Part shown: in pieces, positions 30,501 to 42,700 of the stretch | Position numbering within the stretch: position 1 is the stretch's first letter | Layout: the number at the start of each line of letters is the position of its first letter | IMG/VR virus record: IMGVR_UViG_3300050132_000248 | Location: 53,332-117,331 of that record | Direction: 5' to 3' (one strand) | DNA length: 64,000 bases | Source: a virus | Notes under the pieces: generated by a model | Told to the model about the DNA's origin: nothing | Seen by the model: only the letters and a program-made list of their open reading frames with translations | Databases searched by the model: none | Translations under genes and position numbers: made by a program

Positions 30501-30998
30501 TTAATGGCTCAACAATATGGTGCTAATGAGAAGGTGTTAGGAGATCAATTCAGGATTAATCAGGAAGAGAAAGATAAGGTATATGGACAAAATGTTAATA
30601 CTCTTAATGATGCACAATTGAAGAATCTGGGTATTCTTGATCAGCAATATACAAGACAGGCACAGGCTCTCTCAAATACAAAGAGAACAGCACAGGATGC
30701 ATTGTCTTCAATATCAGATAAATACCTACAGAATAAATTACAGAATGATACTAATGCTATTTACCAGAACATGTATAACTACAGATATGACAGAAATGGT
30801 CATGCATGGAATATGAATGGTCCTGCTAATTTTAATATGCAGGGGAATGGTAACAATCAATCATCTGGTATGGATGAACTAACTCCTGATGAACAACAGA
30901 TTGCTATTTATCAAAATAGAATAGATGATCTAAAGAAAAAGAAGACTAAGGAACAGAGTAGGAATGGATCAATTCTTAAAGCAATGCGAAATATATAA
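27528..30998 (+). CDS. Internal virion (cargo/ejection) protein
   Basis: 1156 aa, Q/N/G-rich, with the GKSHEES...VEVERGEP...LVVFGNL block and a coiled-coil C-terminus; precedes the RNAP cluster. Confidence 0.6.
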   Translation: MKKEILKMAHVRSEEAFYRKYPTEAAFMKEHSKEFKKALRGTAIKKAQQGANQSAYNQQNAGMNAMAAGESEVQDAIANLSTGTPKKTVGQDIESVTNDIPVVGGLVKDVVGIFDASNEAKQQKRAGALSDLQVKAAMSQPRPQNRKYNRPDLDANVDDVNSLTPAQGTGTNLLGRNGIILSRGGEITNTYAPNDIYTNGGYSPLSDEDRMKAYYYGGHIPKSDAGSIISSVLGSSGGSGGGGGILGGLLGGGGGSTTTDTTTQDPANRVIRYVQAQDGTTTTGISTTSFGNTWIGKVLQGQNVNSSLIKNPTVANNVSQIGQTLQTGVSAIPGGDNKMSSSIKGLGNTVGSAIPLPGASEALGIAGSLIGDTITNNMGGTKAMARVQRNNDRLSAISASKLMQSNQNKYMRTGGNLRQNYSPDMERSGELTPLWGGHAEPISYNPYSPNGGETVMFRGKSHEESAGNGRTGIGVRYGEGAPLQSYQDGGNTNANVEVERGEPAMQMPDNTGTSNLVVFGNLPIPNQFISQLGDPNAKGKKFKSYVADLSKQEDKQNKLIKNTSSQLQDLDPKTPFDKLKFNSLSLALNGANDKLKDLAQKKQNTAHLQQAINDTAEEQGIDADALAKGKIQTAKKGTKVSKAQLGKNVKTDPELDEGETYEGLRSSENKLTTDLDNMRRTDPRQYEPKGSDRYNQYKNEFLDKQTDLNSLRDKIIRVGRRQDADKEDYTNDTYGGVPGSQTVANDLNRVRDFFNIVPRSEAAVNINSRRGPIVLGRNNSVSNNSGIGFPIGEGNGYVPSDGSTVSNPTVVSIPNRQSYAAAPSDAQSKKASIEQSMNLRTIPDVSVANIDQTDPMQYQSVIPMQSPSESWIHDKQVGSSYAPIMPIDSSDWNNTHMSKLDSQSAKKQIPQYFNPIGNYLPSNKEQLDPRQLTGEYYALSTNDLEPVPAQQYHPNLLTPYEISMQDILNENTAATRGAQKYMGYNPAAQSNLMAQQYGANEKVLGDQFRINQEEKDKVYGQNVNTLNDAQLKNLGILDQQYTRQAQALSNTKRTAQDALSSISDKYLQNKLQNDTNAIYQNMYNYRYDRNGHAWNMNGPANFNMQGNGNNQSSGMDELTPDEQQIAIYQNRIDDLKKKKTKEQSRNGSILKAMRNI

Positions 30999-31062
30999 TT
31001 AAATTAGTGAAATGGATTTAATCAAATTGATTAAAAATATTTCATTGTATAACTTTTTTTAT

Positions 31063-31070
31063 TAAATTTG
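31063..31070 (+). promoter_or_regulatory. Bacteroidota sigma70 -7 element TAAATTTG
   Basis: Exact TAnnTTTG consensus, 20 nt upstream of the ATG at 31091. Confidence 0.65.
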
Positions 31071-31090
31071 TCACTCTAAAGAATATCACA

Positions 31091-33763
31091 ATGGCCTCGT
31101 GGACAGATAGTAATCAACCATCACAATTTACTCCCTACATTCAACAGATTCCTATTGAAGCAGAAACCCAAGTTGGGCAAACAAAGCAGGCTCAGTATGA
31201 TCAGGGATATCAAAGGATTCAATCTCAGATAGATAAGGTTGCAGGACTCTCTGTTATGAGAGATGTTGACAAGAATTATCTACAATCAAAGATGAATGAA
31301 TTGGGAAATAATCTCAAGATGGTATCTATGGGAGATTTCTCCAATTATCAATTAGTGAATTCTGTTGGAGGAATGGTTAATCAGGTAGGGAATGATCCTT
31401 ATGTACAAGCTGCTGTAGAATCCACAGCAAAGATTAGTAATGAAATGAGTGCAATGAAGACTGCTCGTGCTGCTGGAAAGTCTGATGCAAACAATGAAGA
31501 GTATTTCAATGAGAAGGTGTTAGCTCCCTACATGAATGCAGGACTGAAAGATAGTAATGGAGATCCTGTTTCTTTCAACGGAAACTATACACCATATGTA
31601 GACATTACCAGTGAGGTACAGAAACTTGCAAAGGATGCAGGGGTAGATGATAATGTATTACAACAGATGTATGTCACTGATGCAAATGGTAAGATAATGT
31701 TTGATAAGCAAGGTAATGCCATCCCTGCAAGAACAATGACACAGGTAGAAAACTCTTCTAATGCAAAAGCTCTACAAGGCATTATGACCACTGTCCTATC
31801 CAGAGGAGATGTTCAAAATCAAATGAGTATAGATGCTTGGGCTAATACAAGAGGACAGGATCCAAATGCTCTTCTTGCTGGATATAAACAAGACTATAAT
31901 GACAGGTTTAATGCAATTGATGATCAGATTGTTAAATGGAATACCTTATTAGCAGGGAATGTAAGTGATGATCAAAAAGCCGATCTCCAGAATAATATAA
32001 AACAATTAACAGATAGCAAAGCCAAATATCAGAATCAGCTTAAACAATTAACAGCTCTTGCTCAAAGTAATCCAGATGCATTTAAGGAACAAATCTATAA
32101 GAACAATTATGAGAACAGCTTGATGGACATGTTTCTTAAAACAAAGAAAGAAGAGAAGAATCTTGAAAGCCCCATCACTAAACAAATGGATTGGGAAGCT
32201 GATTATAAACTTAAGTCTGAAATGGAGAGAGCTAATCTTGCTGTCGCTCAAGGACATCTTGCATTAGATAAAGAAATATTTTCTGCTGAATGGATTAAGA
32301 ATCCTGATGGTACTTATACCAAGAATACTGCAACAGGAAAACCCGGAGATGGAGGTGAATTTACTGGTCATAATCCACAAGAAACAAAAGTAGCTGCTGT
32401 TCAAAATGCTAATGATATAAACTCTCTTAAACAGAAAAGTGATGACATTGGTTTATCTTTAATGTATGATATATATACGAGAGCTCCAAATATGCCAAAA
32501 CAGACTATGGAACAGTTTACAGAGTCTATTAATCAAAAAGCGAAAGCTGAAGGTATATCTCCAGAGGATGAAGTATATTCATTTTTGAAGGATGCTGACA
32601 ATCATGCAAAACTAATGGGAGTTCAATTAAGTGGTAGAGATAGAGGAACATTAGGGGCATATATTAATACTCATGATGATTATACAAATAGACTGGCTAT
32701 TACTAGTCAGGTGAGAGACGAGTCTTATAAACATGCTGGTATTAATATTGATGATTATACATCTGCTTTATTGCCAGTAAGTTTCGTGAGACCAGATGGA
32801 ACTACAGAAAGTTATAGTAAAGAGGATATATTCAATGCAGTAGTAAATAAAAACACTGATGTTCTTAACAGAATAGATGAAGGATTAAAAGATAAATATG
32901 GAGCTGGAACATCTGTTGGTCTTCCTTTTGGAACTGGGTCTCCACCTCCTACATCAACTTATGCATATCGTGGGCCAGAAGGAATGGCTATACAAGAACT
33001 TAGAAATAAATTTGGGACTGATGGTAAACTGAAATCAGCATCAGAGGAACAAGAGAAAGAGTTTCAGAAGTTTATACCTACTGATGATGTTATTACATTA
33101 CCACCAGATGCAAAGAAAGAAGATAGAGAAGCAGTAAAACAAAGACTTGCTGCTTTACTGCAAGGATCACAAAAAGGTGATCTTACTGGAGATAATTATA
33201 ATCCTGAAGCAATGATATCAGCTCTTGGTGATGAGAAGAGTGTGGTTAGTTATAATATACATAAACCATTTACAACAGGAGCTCCCACTACAGGAACTGC
33301 TCATGTAAGTCTTGGAAAAACCACTTATAATGTTGATATAAATAATCAGTCTAATCTTGAAACTGCTACTGGAAAAAAGTTTGAGGGATATAATTTTAAC
33401 AGTTATTATGCAAGAGCTATTACTAATAAGAGTTATTCAACTAATCTAGGTGCTGACCCAACTGAGAAGGATGCTTATAAAACATGTATGATTAATCCAA
33501 GCAATCCAGAATACGCAGGGGTATTAAGTCAACTTCAAAACTCTAAGAGATATATTCCTCTTGGAGCAGATCTTAAATTAGCATATGGAGATAAGAATTG
33601 GAATACTTTTGTTTATCTATATGATAAGCAGATAGGAGATGTAAGATATGTTGAATTAGATCATCCTTATCCTCTTGGAAGTGAAAATCAGATAATAAAT
33701 CATTTGAGCACACAACTTGATGATGCTCAGGTTAATAAGATACTTGAAGACAGAAAAAAATAA
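31091..33763 (+). CDS. Internal virion (cargo/ejection) protein
   Basis: 890 aa, helical, N-terminus FTPYIQQIP...KQAQYDQGYQRIQ; directly upstream of the virion RNAP, as in crAss-like phages. Confidence 0.6.
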   Translation: MASWTDSNQPSQFTPYIQQIPIEAETQVGQTKQAQYDQGYQRIQSQIDKVAGLSVMRDVDKNYLQSKMNELGNNLKMVSMGDFSNYQLVNSVGGMVNQVGNDPYVQAAVESTAKISNEMSAMKTARAAGKSDANNEEYFNEKVLAPYMNAGLKDSNGDPVSFNGNYTPYVDITSEVQKLAKDAGVDDNVLQQMYVTDANGKIMFDKQGNAIPARTMTQVENSSNAKALQGIMTTVLSRGDVQNQMSIDAWANTRGQDPNALLAGYKQDYNDRFNAIDDQIVKWNTLLAGNVSDDQKADLQNNIKQLTDSKAKYQNQLKQLTALAQSNPDAFKEQIYKNNYENSLMDMFLKTKKEEKNLESPITKQMDWEADYKLKSEMERANLAVAQGHLALDKEIFSAEWIKNPDGTYTKNTATGKPGDGGEFTGHNPQETKVAAVQNANDINSLKQKSDDIGLSLMYDIYTRAPNMPKQTMEQFTESINQKAKAEGISPEDEVYSFLKDADNHAKLMGVQLSGRDRGTLGAYINTHDDYTNRLAITSQVRDESYKHAGINIDDYTSALLPVSFVRPDGTTESYSKEDIFNAVVNKNTDVLNRIDEGLKDKYGAGTSVGLPFGTGSPPPTSTYAYRGPEGMAIQELRNKFGTDGKLKSASEEQEKEFQKFIPTDDVITLPPDAKKEDREAVKQRLAALLQGSQKGDLTGDNYNPEAMISALGDEKSVVSYNIHKPFTTGAPTTGTAHVSLGKTTYNVDINNQSNLETATGKKFEGYNFNSYYARAITNKSYSTNLGADPTEKDAYKTCMINPSNPEYAGVLSQLQNSKRYIPLGADLKLAYGDKNWNTFVYLYDKQIGDVRYVELDHPYPLGSENQIINHLSTQLDDAQVNKILEDRKK

Positions 33764-33769
33764 TAAGTA

Positions 33770-36700
33770 ATGCAAGATGAACCTATTGTAAATCTATCAG
33801 GAGCACCTGATTATTCTGTGAAGGGAACAGCTATTTCTCCTCCAGCAGATCCTACATATACACCCTTGAATGATCCTAATCCTTTTCCCAATGAGTTGAA
33901 GAATAAACCTATAGGTGGATCTGATATAACAATGGCTGAAGCTGCTCAGTATAATCCCAGTAAGCTTTCTGGTGGTATTATGTATGGAGAGACTAGTGAG
34001 AATACTCGTGCTCAGAATCAGAGTGCCATAAGTAGAATAGGAAATGCTGGAATTAATCTTGTAAATAAAACAGGGGCATATATTATTCAGAATGCAGGAT
34101 TTATTGGAGGAGCTGCATTTTCGGCATTAGGAGGACTTGTCAATTATGGAAATGAAGCTCTTGGAGGAGAGGGGAAGATAGTAGCAAATGGAAATGCTGT
34201 TTCATTAATGAGTGATAATTTTCTTACACAAATTGGTGATGCATGGAAGGAAGCTGTACAGGAAGCAAATCCTATATATAAAACAGATAAATATACAAAT
34301 GGAAACATTTGGCAGAAGCTTGCTACTACAAGTTGGTGGTTGGATGATGCAATAGACAGAGCTGCTCTTACAGGAGCTATGCTTATTCCGGGAATGTTAG
34401 AATCAAAAGGATTATTCGGAGTTGCTGGATTAGCTATGAGAGAAGGAGGAGCAATAGAAGCATCTGGTATGATTCCTAAGGTAGCTAAATATCTTGCAGA
34501 TAATCCTAAGATGTATGGAACAATAGGAAGAGCTTTAGGCAGTGATGTATATGAGGCTGCTGCTACAGGTGTTGTTGATGAAAGCACAGCAGCAGGTTTG
34601 GCTTTTAAGAAGGCTGTTCAAACAGCTCAGAATTTAGAAATCACAAGTTTTAATGTAATAGGACAGAATGCTTTAAATGGAAGAGAGTCTCAAACAGCTA
34701 TTGTCAAATCCTTAAATGAACAAAGAGACAAGGGATTAAATACTTATACAGATGATGAAATAAAGGATATGGCAGCTGAAGGAGCAAAAGCATCCTTTTG
34801 GTATAATATGCCATTGACATTATTATCCTCTATGTGGGAAATGCCTCAGGTATTTGCATCATTTAAAGGAGCTACAAATCTTTTAAAGAAAATTACAGGA
34901 GCACAAACATCAGAAGAATTAGAACAGGGAATAACAGGCGCTATAGGAAAGTCATCAGCACCTTCTTTTTGGAATCTTGCATGGAAAGCCCCAATTACAG
35001 CTTTAGAACATGGGCAGTTAGAAAGCTCACAGGTTGCTATTGGTAGATATGTTGAAGAAGCTATTGCTGGAAAGATGGTTGATGGGCATCTTGAAAAGAA
35101 AGGACAAGGTGAAGCATTTAATCCTTGGAATATAAGTGATGCTATGACAGGATCTTTTGGAGAGTATATTAATAACTTTCATGATCCCAATGGAGAAAAT
35201 AATATTGCTCTTGGTACTATCCAAGGTTTATTGACAACTATCTTTGGTAGAGCCTTTAAAGGATTTACAGGAGAATATTCCAAGCAGGATAAAGCTAATG
35301 ATAATCTATTAAAAGGAATGAATGAAGCTCTCGCAAGCAGGAGACTGTTCAATCCTATTAGTGATATGGTAGAGACAGATAAGGAAGGAAACATTGTAAC
35401 TGTTAAGGGAGACGATGGAAAGCAACATGTTAAATTAGATCAAGATAAACTTGCACAACTTGGTGTCAGTTATGTAGATGCTATTAAGAATTACGAAGAC
35501 AGACTTAAATATATTGCCAATGGAGATAAGGTGTCTGTTGATATGATGAACTTCAATTCGTTAAAAGCATTGGCTGCTAATTTCTTTCAGGATGCCCATG
35601 GAAAAGAGTATTTAAAAAATGTGTTAAGATGGGAAGCAAAACAACAGAATCAAAACCCAGAGAGACAGAATGATGTAACAGGAACCGAAGAAGAAACTCC
35701 TGATGTTAAATTACAAGAGAATCTTGAGTATGTAGATCATTTATATAAAATCTATAATGCTATTGATCAACGTCATGCAGGCTTTCTTAATTTAGATGTT
35801 AATTACAAAGATAAAACTGAAGCTGCTCTTGCTCAAGTATTTACAGAGAAATATAAAACTCTTCAATATAATAATGGAGCAGATCAAGTGTTCTATAATA
35901 ATCAAATAGCTAAGAACAATACTGAACTTGGAGGTATTACTGAAAAATCAACAGATGATGGTGTAGTAGCTCAAAGGAATAATAATTTATTAGATCAGAA
36001 TGAAATATTAAACAACAAACTTGATATATCAAAACAAGAATATAAGAACTCAATAGATAGAGATTTAATTAATCAAGCATGGACAGAGGAGAAAGCTCAT
36101 TATCAAGATATTAAGAATACAATTGAAAAAATAAAACAGGATGCTATTGATGAATCAACAGAGAGTAAATCTGTAACAAAGATTCCAATCAATACTAAAT
36201 ATGGGGAGAGACAGATTGAAACCAATACTGACTATGTTGTAGGAAAGGTAATTGATAAAGATGAACAGGGGAATGATGTATTTAGTGCTCCTATTATCAG
36301 AGTGTTGGGAAAGAATGAAGATGGAACAATCAAAATACAATATAACAATAATAAAGGACAATGGGTAAACAGTGATATCAGTGAAGATCATCTTGATAAT
36401 TATAGTCTTACTAAACGTTCTGATTTACAGAAGAATAAGAAAGCCAATTATGTTTTTGAGCATTGGAATACAATGTTTCAACATTGGGGAATAAAAGATA
36501 ATAAAGGAAATCCTGTTACAGGAAGGCTTGAATATAATCAAGCTAAGAACCAAATTCTTTTCAAATATATTGATGACAAAGGAAAAGAAAGAAGAAGAGA
36601 AATAATAGGAAGAAATGTTGTAACACAGGATGGATATAATCATCCTATGCTTCAAGCTGTTGGAGAATTAAAAGCTTCTCAGAAACAAGCAACAGATGAA

Positions 36701-39700
36701 TTTGCAAAAACTCCTACATCTCTCTCTGACAAATTGACACTTAGGAATAATGTAATTGCTTCTCTCTATGAGAATGGAGTTGCCCGTATTGAACAGATTA
36801 AGAAAACCCTTGAGACAAATAAAGAAAGTCTTTCCAAATATGAAGAAACTCTTAAGGAGGAAACAACAAAACTTGAGAAAGAGACAACAAGGAAAAGAGT
36901 TATTAAGAAACAGGTTAGAGCAGTTGAAGCAAGTATAAAGAATCTTACGGATCTACATGAGAGAATTGAGAAGGAAAATATAGAACTTCAGAATGAGAAA
37001 GAAGAAATTGAATACAACCTTCCTATATTCGAGGAATTACTTAACAGTATTGATTCATCTGCTGAAGAATCAAAAGATATTTTACAACAGCTTAAAGATG
37101 ATGTTGATAATTCCGAAAAGCTGATTGATGTTATTTCAAAGCAATTGAAAGCTAATAAAGCTCTTACTGATCAAATACAAAAAGTTCTTTCTGAGAATCT
37201 ATCCATTTTAAAAGATTATATAAAAAGACTGCAGGAAGGGAATCCTAATCTTCCTCTCTCCATAGATGAATTTCAGGATAATATAGAGAAGTATCTTGGG
37301 GAAGAAGGGGCAAAACAACTTATTGCTGAGAGAGGAGGATTTACAGAACAAGTAATGGCATTGGAAAATGATATACTTGATTTTGAAGAGGAACTTAATA
37401 TTCCTTCTCTTTCAAAAGAGGTAGTTACCCTTCAAAAGGAAGCTACCGTTCTTAATGAACAACTTGATGATGCTATAAAACTTCAAATGGCTAAGGATAA
37501 AATCTATGAGGCATTCAAAGAGTTTGTTGATAAACTTGCTCAGGAGGAGAAAGAAGAACAAGAATTTGAGAAAAATGAGGAATTGAAGAAACAATATATT
37601 GGCACAATGGATGATAGTATGCAGAATGTACTTAGTGAAATACATTATGAACCTGCATCAAAGAAATCCTTCTGGTCAGTAATTCGTGGAACAAGACCTT
37701 TCACTCTAAGTAAGAGACAAATAGAAAGAGGAGAGGAAGAGAAACCTCATAATGTAAGAGCTAATAGGTTTGGATTTAAATTTTCTAAATTCAGTGAAGA
37801 GAAACAAGCAGCAATCAGAGGAATAGTAGTTACCCAGAATACTCAAAATGATATTCTTCCCGGACTTACTGATTTTCTCATGAAGGATGCTACTCCAGAA
37901 CAATTAAGAAAATATAAGAAGGAAGAGATTATTGCACTTGCCATGGTGCAGATGAATGACGATGGACAAACATACTCTCTTGTAGATGAAAATGGAGATG
38001 TCATTCCAGAGAAAGATGAAACTGGTAATACTGTTAATCCTCTTGATAGAGCAATCTTCCAGACCTTCCCTATGAGGGATTTAAAAGGTTTTTATAAGAG
38101 TAAAGATGCTGTAGATGATGAAGACATGGAAGAACAAACCATGTTCAGAGATGATGTTCCAGAGAAGAAGAGACTTGCTGCAGAAGAACAATATCAGAAA
38201 TGGAGAGATGCCACTTTACAGAAAACAACATTGGATCCTCCTGAAAAAATAAAGGTATCTTTTGGTATTCCTGAACTTGCAAAAAGAACTGATGAAAAAG
38301 GAAATTTAGTACCAGATAAGGGAGCAAGAACCTCTGCAAAGAAAGCAGGTTTTGTATCAGATGAAGATTTAGACTCCCATCAGGTAATTACTGTTTCTAC
38401 AGAGGATGAAGCTAATGAAGGAGAGGTTACATTTAATAATAGTAAGGGAAGAGTATTCTTAAGAGTTCCAGGGCAAGGACTTGTAAAACTTTTTAATAGA
38501 AAATTTTCTGATGTAGAAGCTAATACAATATTTGATGTTATTCAACAGATATGTAAAAATGGTGCAAAGAAAGGACAGATAACTCCTGAGACCAATCTAC
38601 TTATCAATTGGCTTAAGACAGTTGTATATTGGGGAATAGCAAAAGATCCAAATACAAATGAAAGAAAAGCCGCAGGATATAATAATATATGGTTTGAAAC
38701 AACAAAAGAAGAAGGAAAGCCAGTAACTAGACTTTACATCTCTGGAATCACTAAAGATAAGAGTCAGGCTTTCATGTTTACACCAACAGGATTACAGGAG
38801 AGTAAGTATGAGATTGTTTCTCTCCTTCAGAACCTATATCATAATACATTTGCCACAAAGGTAAATCAGGATAGTTGGCAGAACAAATATTATGAAATCA
38901 AAGGAATAGATAAAGAGGGCAATCCTATAACAGAGGAATGGCCAAATTATCAAACCTATTTACTTTCTGATAAGTCAGTAAAGGATGGAAAGCTTAGTGG
39001 AGAAAGGAATGAAAAAGAAATTCCATTAGTAACTCAATATAAACCAATAACTAATGAGAATGATGTAAATAGAAAGAGTATTTATTTCACATTAAACTCT
39101 CCTACAAGCGATTATAATTTTGAAGCAGAAGAACAGAAAGCAGAAACACCAAAGACAAAGAAAGAAGCTAAGAAACCAGCAACAGAAGAATCAAAAACCA
39201 AAACAAAGAAAGAAGAGACAGCTTATAAACCTGCTCTATTGAAACTTGATGGTTCAGATGAAATGATTCACTTTGATTCATTTGGTGGATTTGATATGAT
39301 GTTTAAACTTAATGCTAAAACTTCTAAAGAAAAAGGAACTATTGATTCCATCTCTTATCCTCAGAAAGCTCTTGATGCATTACAGAATCAAGGAAAGACA
39401 TTAGATCAAGCAAAAGCAGAGCTTAAGAATGCTCTTCTTGCTAAATTGAAAGATCAACTTAATCTGGCTAATGTTCCTAAAGCAGCACCTATAGCAGATG
39501 CTCTTCCAGTTGCTGAAAAAACTGAAGTAAAAGAGAATAATATTGAGCAAAAGAAAAAAGATATAGAAAAAAGAATTCCTGCTTATGTTGACTTTAGTAA
39601 AGGAAAAACAAATAGTCTAAATACATTTAGAAATGAAGCAAGAAGAAAGTGGGAAGGCATTGAAGAAGATGTTATTACTGGAGGTAGACTTCTTAACTTA

Positions 39701-42700
39701 CAAACAGGAATAAATTTCTTAGCAGAAGCTTTTCCAGAATTTTCAAATCTTAAAGACATGTTCTTTAAGAAATCAGATAGTCAAGCTATTGGTATTAAAT
39801 TTTCTGATTTAGTAGAATTAATAGATACCTTAAGAAAACAAGGTATTGATACAGAAGAAGATATAGGTAATAAAATTAAATCTAAATATGAAAATGAAAT
39901 ATCTGAATTAGATAAGACTTCTAAAGAAACTAAACAGGAACCTAAACAAGAATCCACTACAATTGAAGATACCCCAATGGGTATAAAAGAGTCACAACAG
40001 ACACTCAATACACCCGAAGAGGTACAAAATAAAACAGAAGAGGATGATGATATTCCTTCAATAGGAAAAGAAAATAATGAGGCAGCATTTAGAATTGTTC
40101 CATCAGAAAAACCTGTTATATATGAACAAGAAGATTGGGACAAGGTAGAGAAAGATCTTACAAAAATGTTTTCAGTACTCCCTGTATATAGAGTAAGGAA
40201 TGCTATTAGAGCAACTAATGGTAGACAAATTTGGGGAATGCTTCATGAGGGAGGTATCTATCTTGATCAGAATGCAGAGGTTGGTACTATATATCATGAA
40301 GTGTTTGAAGCTGTGTGGAAAATGTTTGCTGGTCCAGAAGAGAAAGGAAAGGTATTAGATGAATTCAGAAGTAGGGATGGAAGTTATCGGGATAGGTTCA
40401 ATCCCATGCATCCATTAATTGAGTATAAAAATGCTAAACCTGAACAGATAAAAGAAGAAATTGCCGAAGAGTTTAGAGATCTTAGATTATATGGAACAAG
40501 AATTGCTACACCAAGAGGACAGAATTTTATAGCCAGACTGTTCCAGAATATTATAGATTTCATCAAGACATTCTTCACTGGAGAGAAATCTCAGAGGAAC
40601 ACACAGGACTTATTTGATAAAATAGGAAATGGATATTATAACAGGTTCAATCCTTATGAAGCAAAATTATCATTTGCTAAGAAGGGCTTTATAAATGTTG
40701 AGGATGCATTCCCTAATGAAGACTCTGAACTTAGAGAGAAAATTCCAACACAGCAAACTCATGATATCATTCAACACATGACCTTTGCTTTTATGAGGGA
40801 TGTAACTAAAACAAATCAGAGTTTATTCCAAATTGAGAAATTAAAGAAAGCAGAAATATATGCAAACTTAAGACTTGAGATTCTTGGAAGAATAAAAGGT
40901 GTAAGAGATGCTTATGCTCAAAGAGCACAAAATGGAGAACAAGCTGCAATAGATGGAGTGAATGCTACTCAACAATTATATGATAATACAAAAGCAGAAT
41001 GGAATGCTCTTGTTGAAAGACATGAACAATTTCTAAATACCCGAGGGTACACCTTTGATGAGAATGATGAATTGAATATGGAGGATGAGAATAAAGGAAA
41101 AGATGAACCTTATGGAGATCCAAGAAAAGTAGACTCTTTCAGAAAATCTAATGCTGCTATTAAAAATCTTCTTGGATCAGTGGCTTATTCACAGAGAGTT
41201 AAAAGAATGATAAATGGAAAAGAGCAAATATCTACAGAGTTTGTTCCTTCTACAATAGGTGGTGCAAAACTTCTTGCTCCTGATCAGGTGCATATTGATC
41301 TTGTAAATAAATTATCTAAGGCATGTGATCTGGATGATATGTTTAGTCTATTCAGAAAAGCAGCAATAGATAATCCTAATTATGAATCTCTTTATCATAG
41401 AGTTGCAAAGCAGACTATTGCTGAGAATACAATAGACTATGATAAGTTTGAAGACTTTGATTGGCAACTTATATCTGCTTTCTGGAAATCTTTTAAACTC
41501 CAGAATCCTGATGCACTTACAGTATTTATTCTTTCTGATGGTAATGTTATTGTCAGTGATTCTTCTATGAACACTGCTACAAAGCAGTCAAAGAAAGAAA
41601 TGTTCTATTCTATGGTTAACAAAATCAAGAGTGATGATTGGGAAAAAGGAAAAGAGTTCTTTACATATAACAAGAAGAATGGAAAGTATACAGCTACAAA
41701 GACTTTGAAAGATATAAAGTTCTCAGGAACCTCTCTTACTAATTATATACTGTTCTTAAAAAAATTAGGTATTGATTTTAAAGAAGAAGATTTAAATGAT
41801 TTAAGACCTACACAGCTTAAACATTTTAGGGATGCTGTTAAAGGGATGCACACAAGTCTTGCTAATCTTGGTCCAGTATTTAATAAGGTGGGAGAACCTA
41901 TAGATGAAGATGGTTATGTAGTGGATAAGAATACACATCTAAGTAAGAAAAGAGAAGATGCTCCAGAAGGAAAACCACAGAATGACAAAAGTGTATATTC
42001 TCTCACATCTAAAACTCTTGACATTGAAGGAAGACTTACCCAACTTGGTGTAATAAAAGCTATTATTGACAGACCTGAATTTGAGAGTACTTATTTTAAT
42101 ATCAATGGAGAGAGAACACAAACTTATATTGGTAGTAATGCTGCCAGCAGATTGTATGATACAATTTCTTCACTAAAGAATCTGAATGATCTTAATAGCG
42201 ATGTAAAAGATTATAAGCAGTTTAGATATCTTCTAACAGATGCTTTTACTCAAGGATCAGTTATTCTGAATAGAATTTTCCTTATGGATAGTACTAAAGC
42301 CAGAAGAGATGGAACAGAGAATATATTAAAAACTACCTTGGCTGATGGAATGAACGATGAAGAAAAAGGCAAGAGTAGAGAATCTTCAAAACAATCTTAT
42401 AAACAAAGACTTATACAGGAAATCAATTTGAATACGAATGGATGTTATTTAAATCTGGTTCCTGCAGATGCCTCTATGGAACATGCTACAAGAATGCATG
42501 AAGAAACTACTCCATTTGTAACTGATGATTCTTTTCTTACAGGTGGCTACCTCTCTATATTTAAAGACTATTTCACTTCTGAACTTACTCTCTCCAGAGA
42601 TAGGAATAGAAGAGTGGTAAAGGGAAAGAAGAAAAGCGATATGCGTTTCTTTAAGGATATCCTTGGGGATGAACTCCATAATAATATTGTTTCCAAACTC

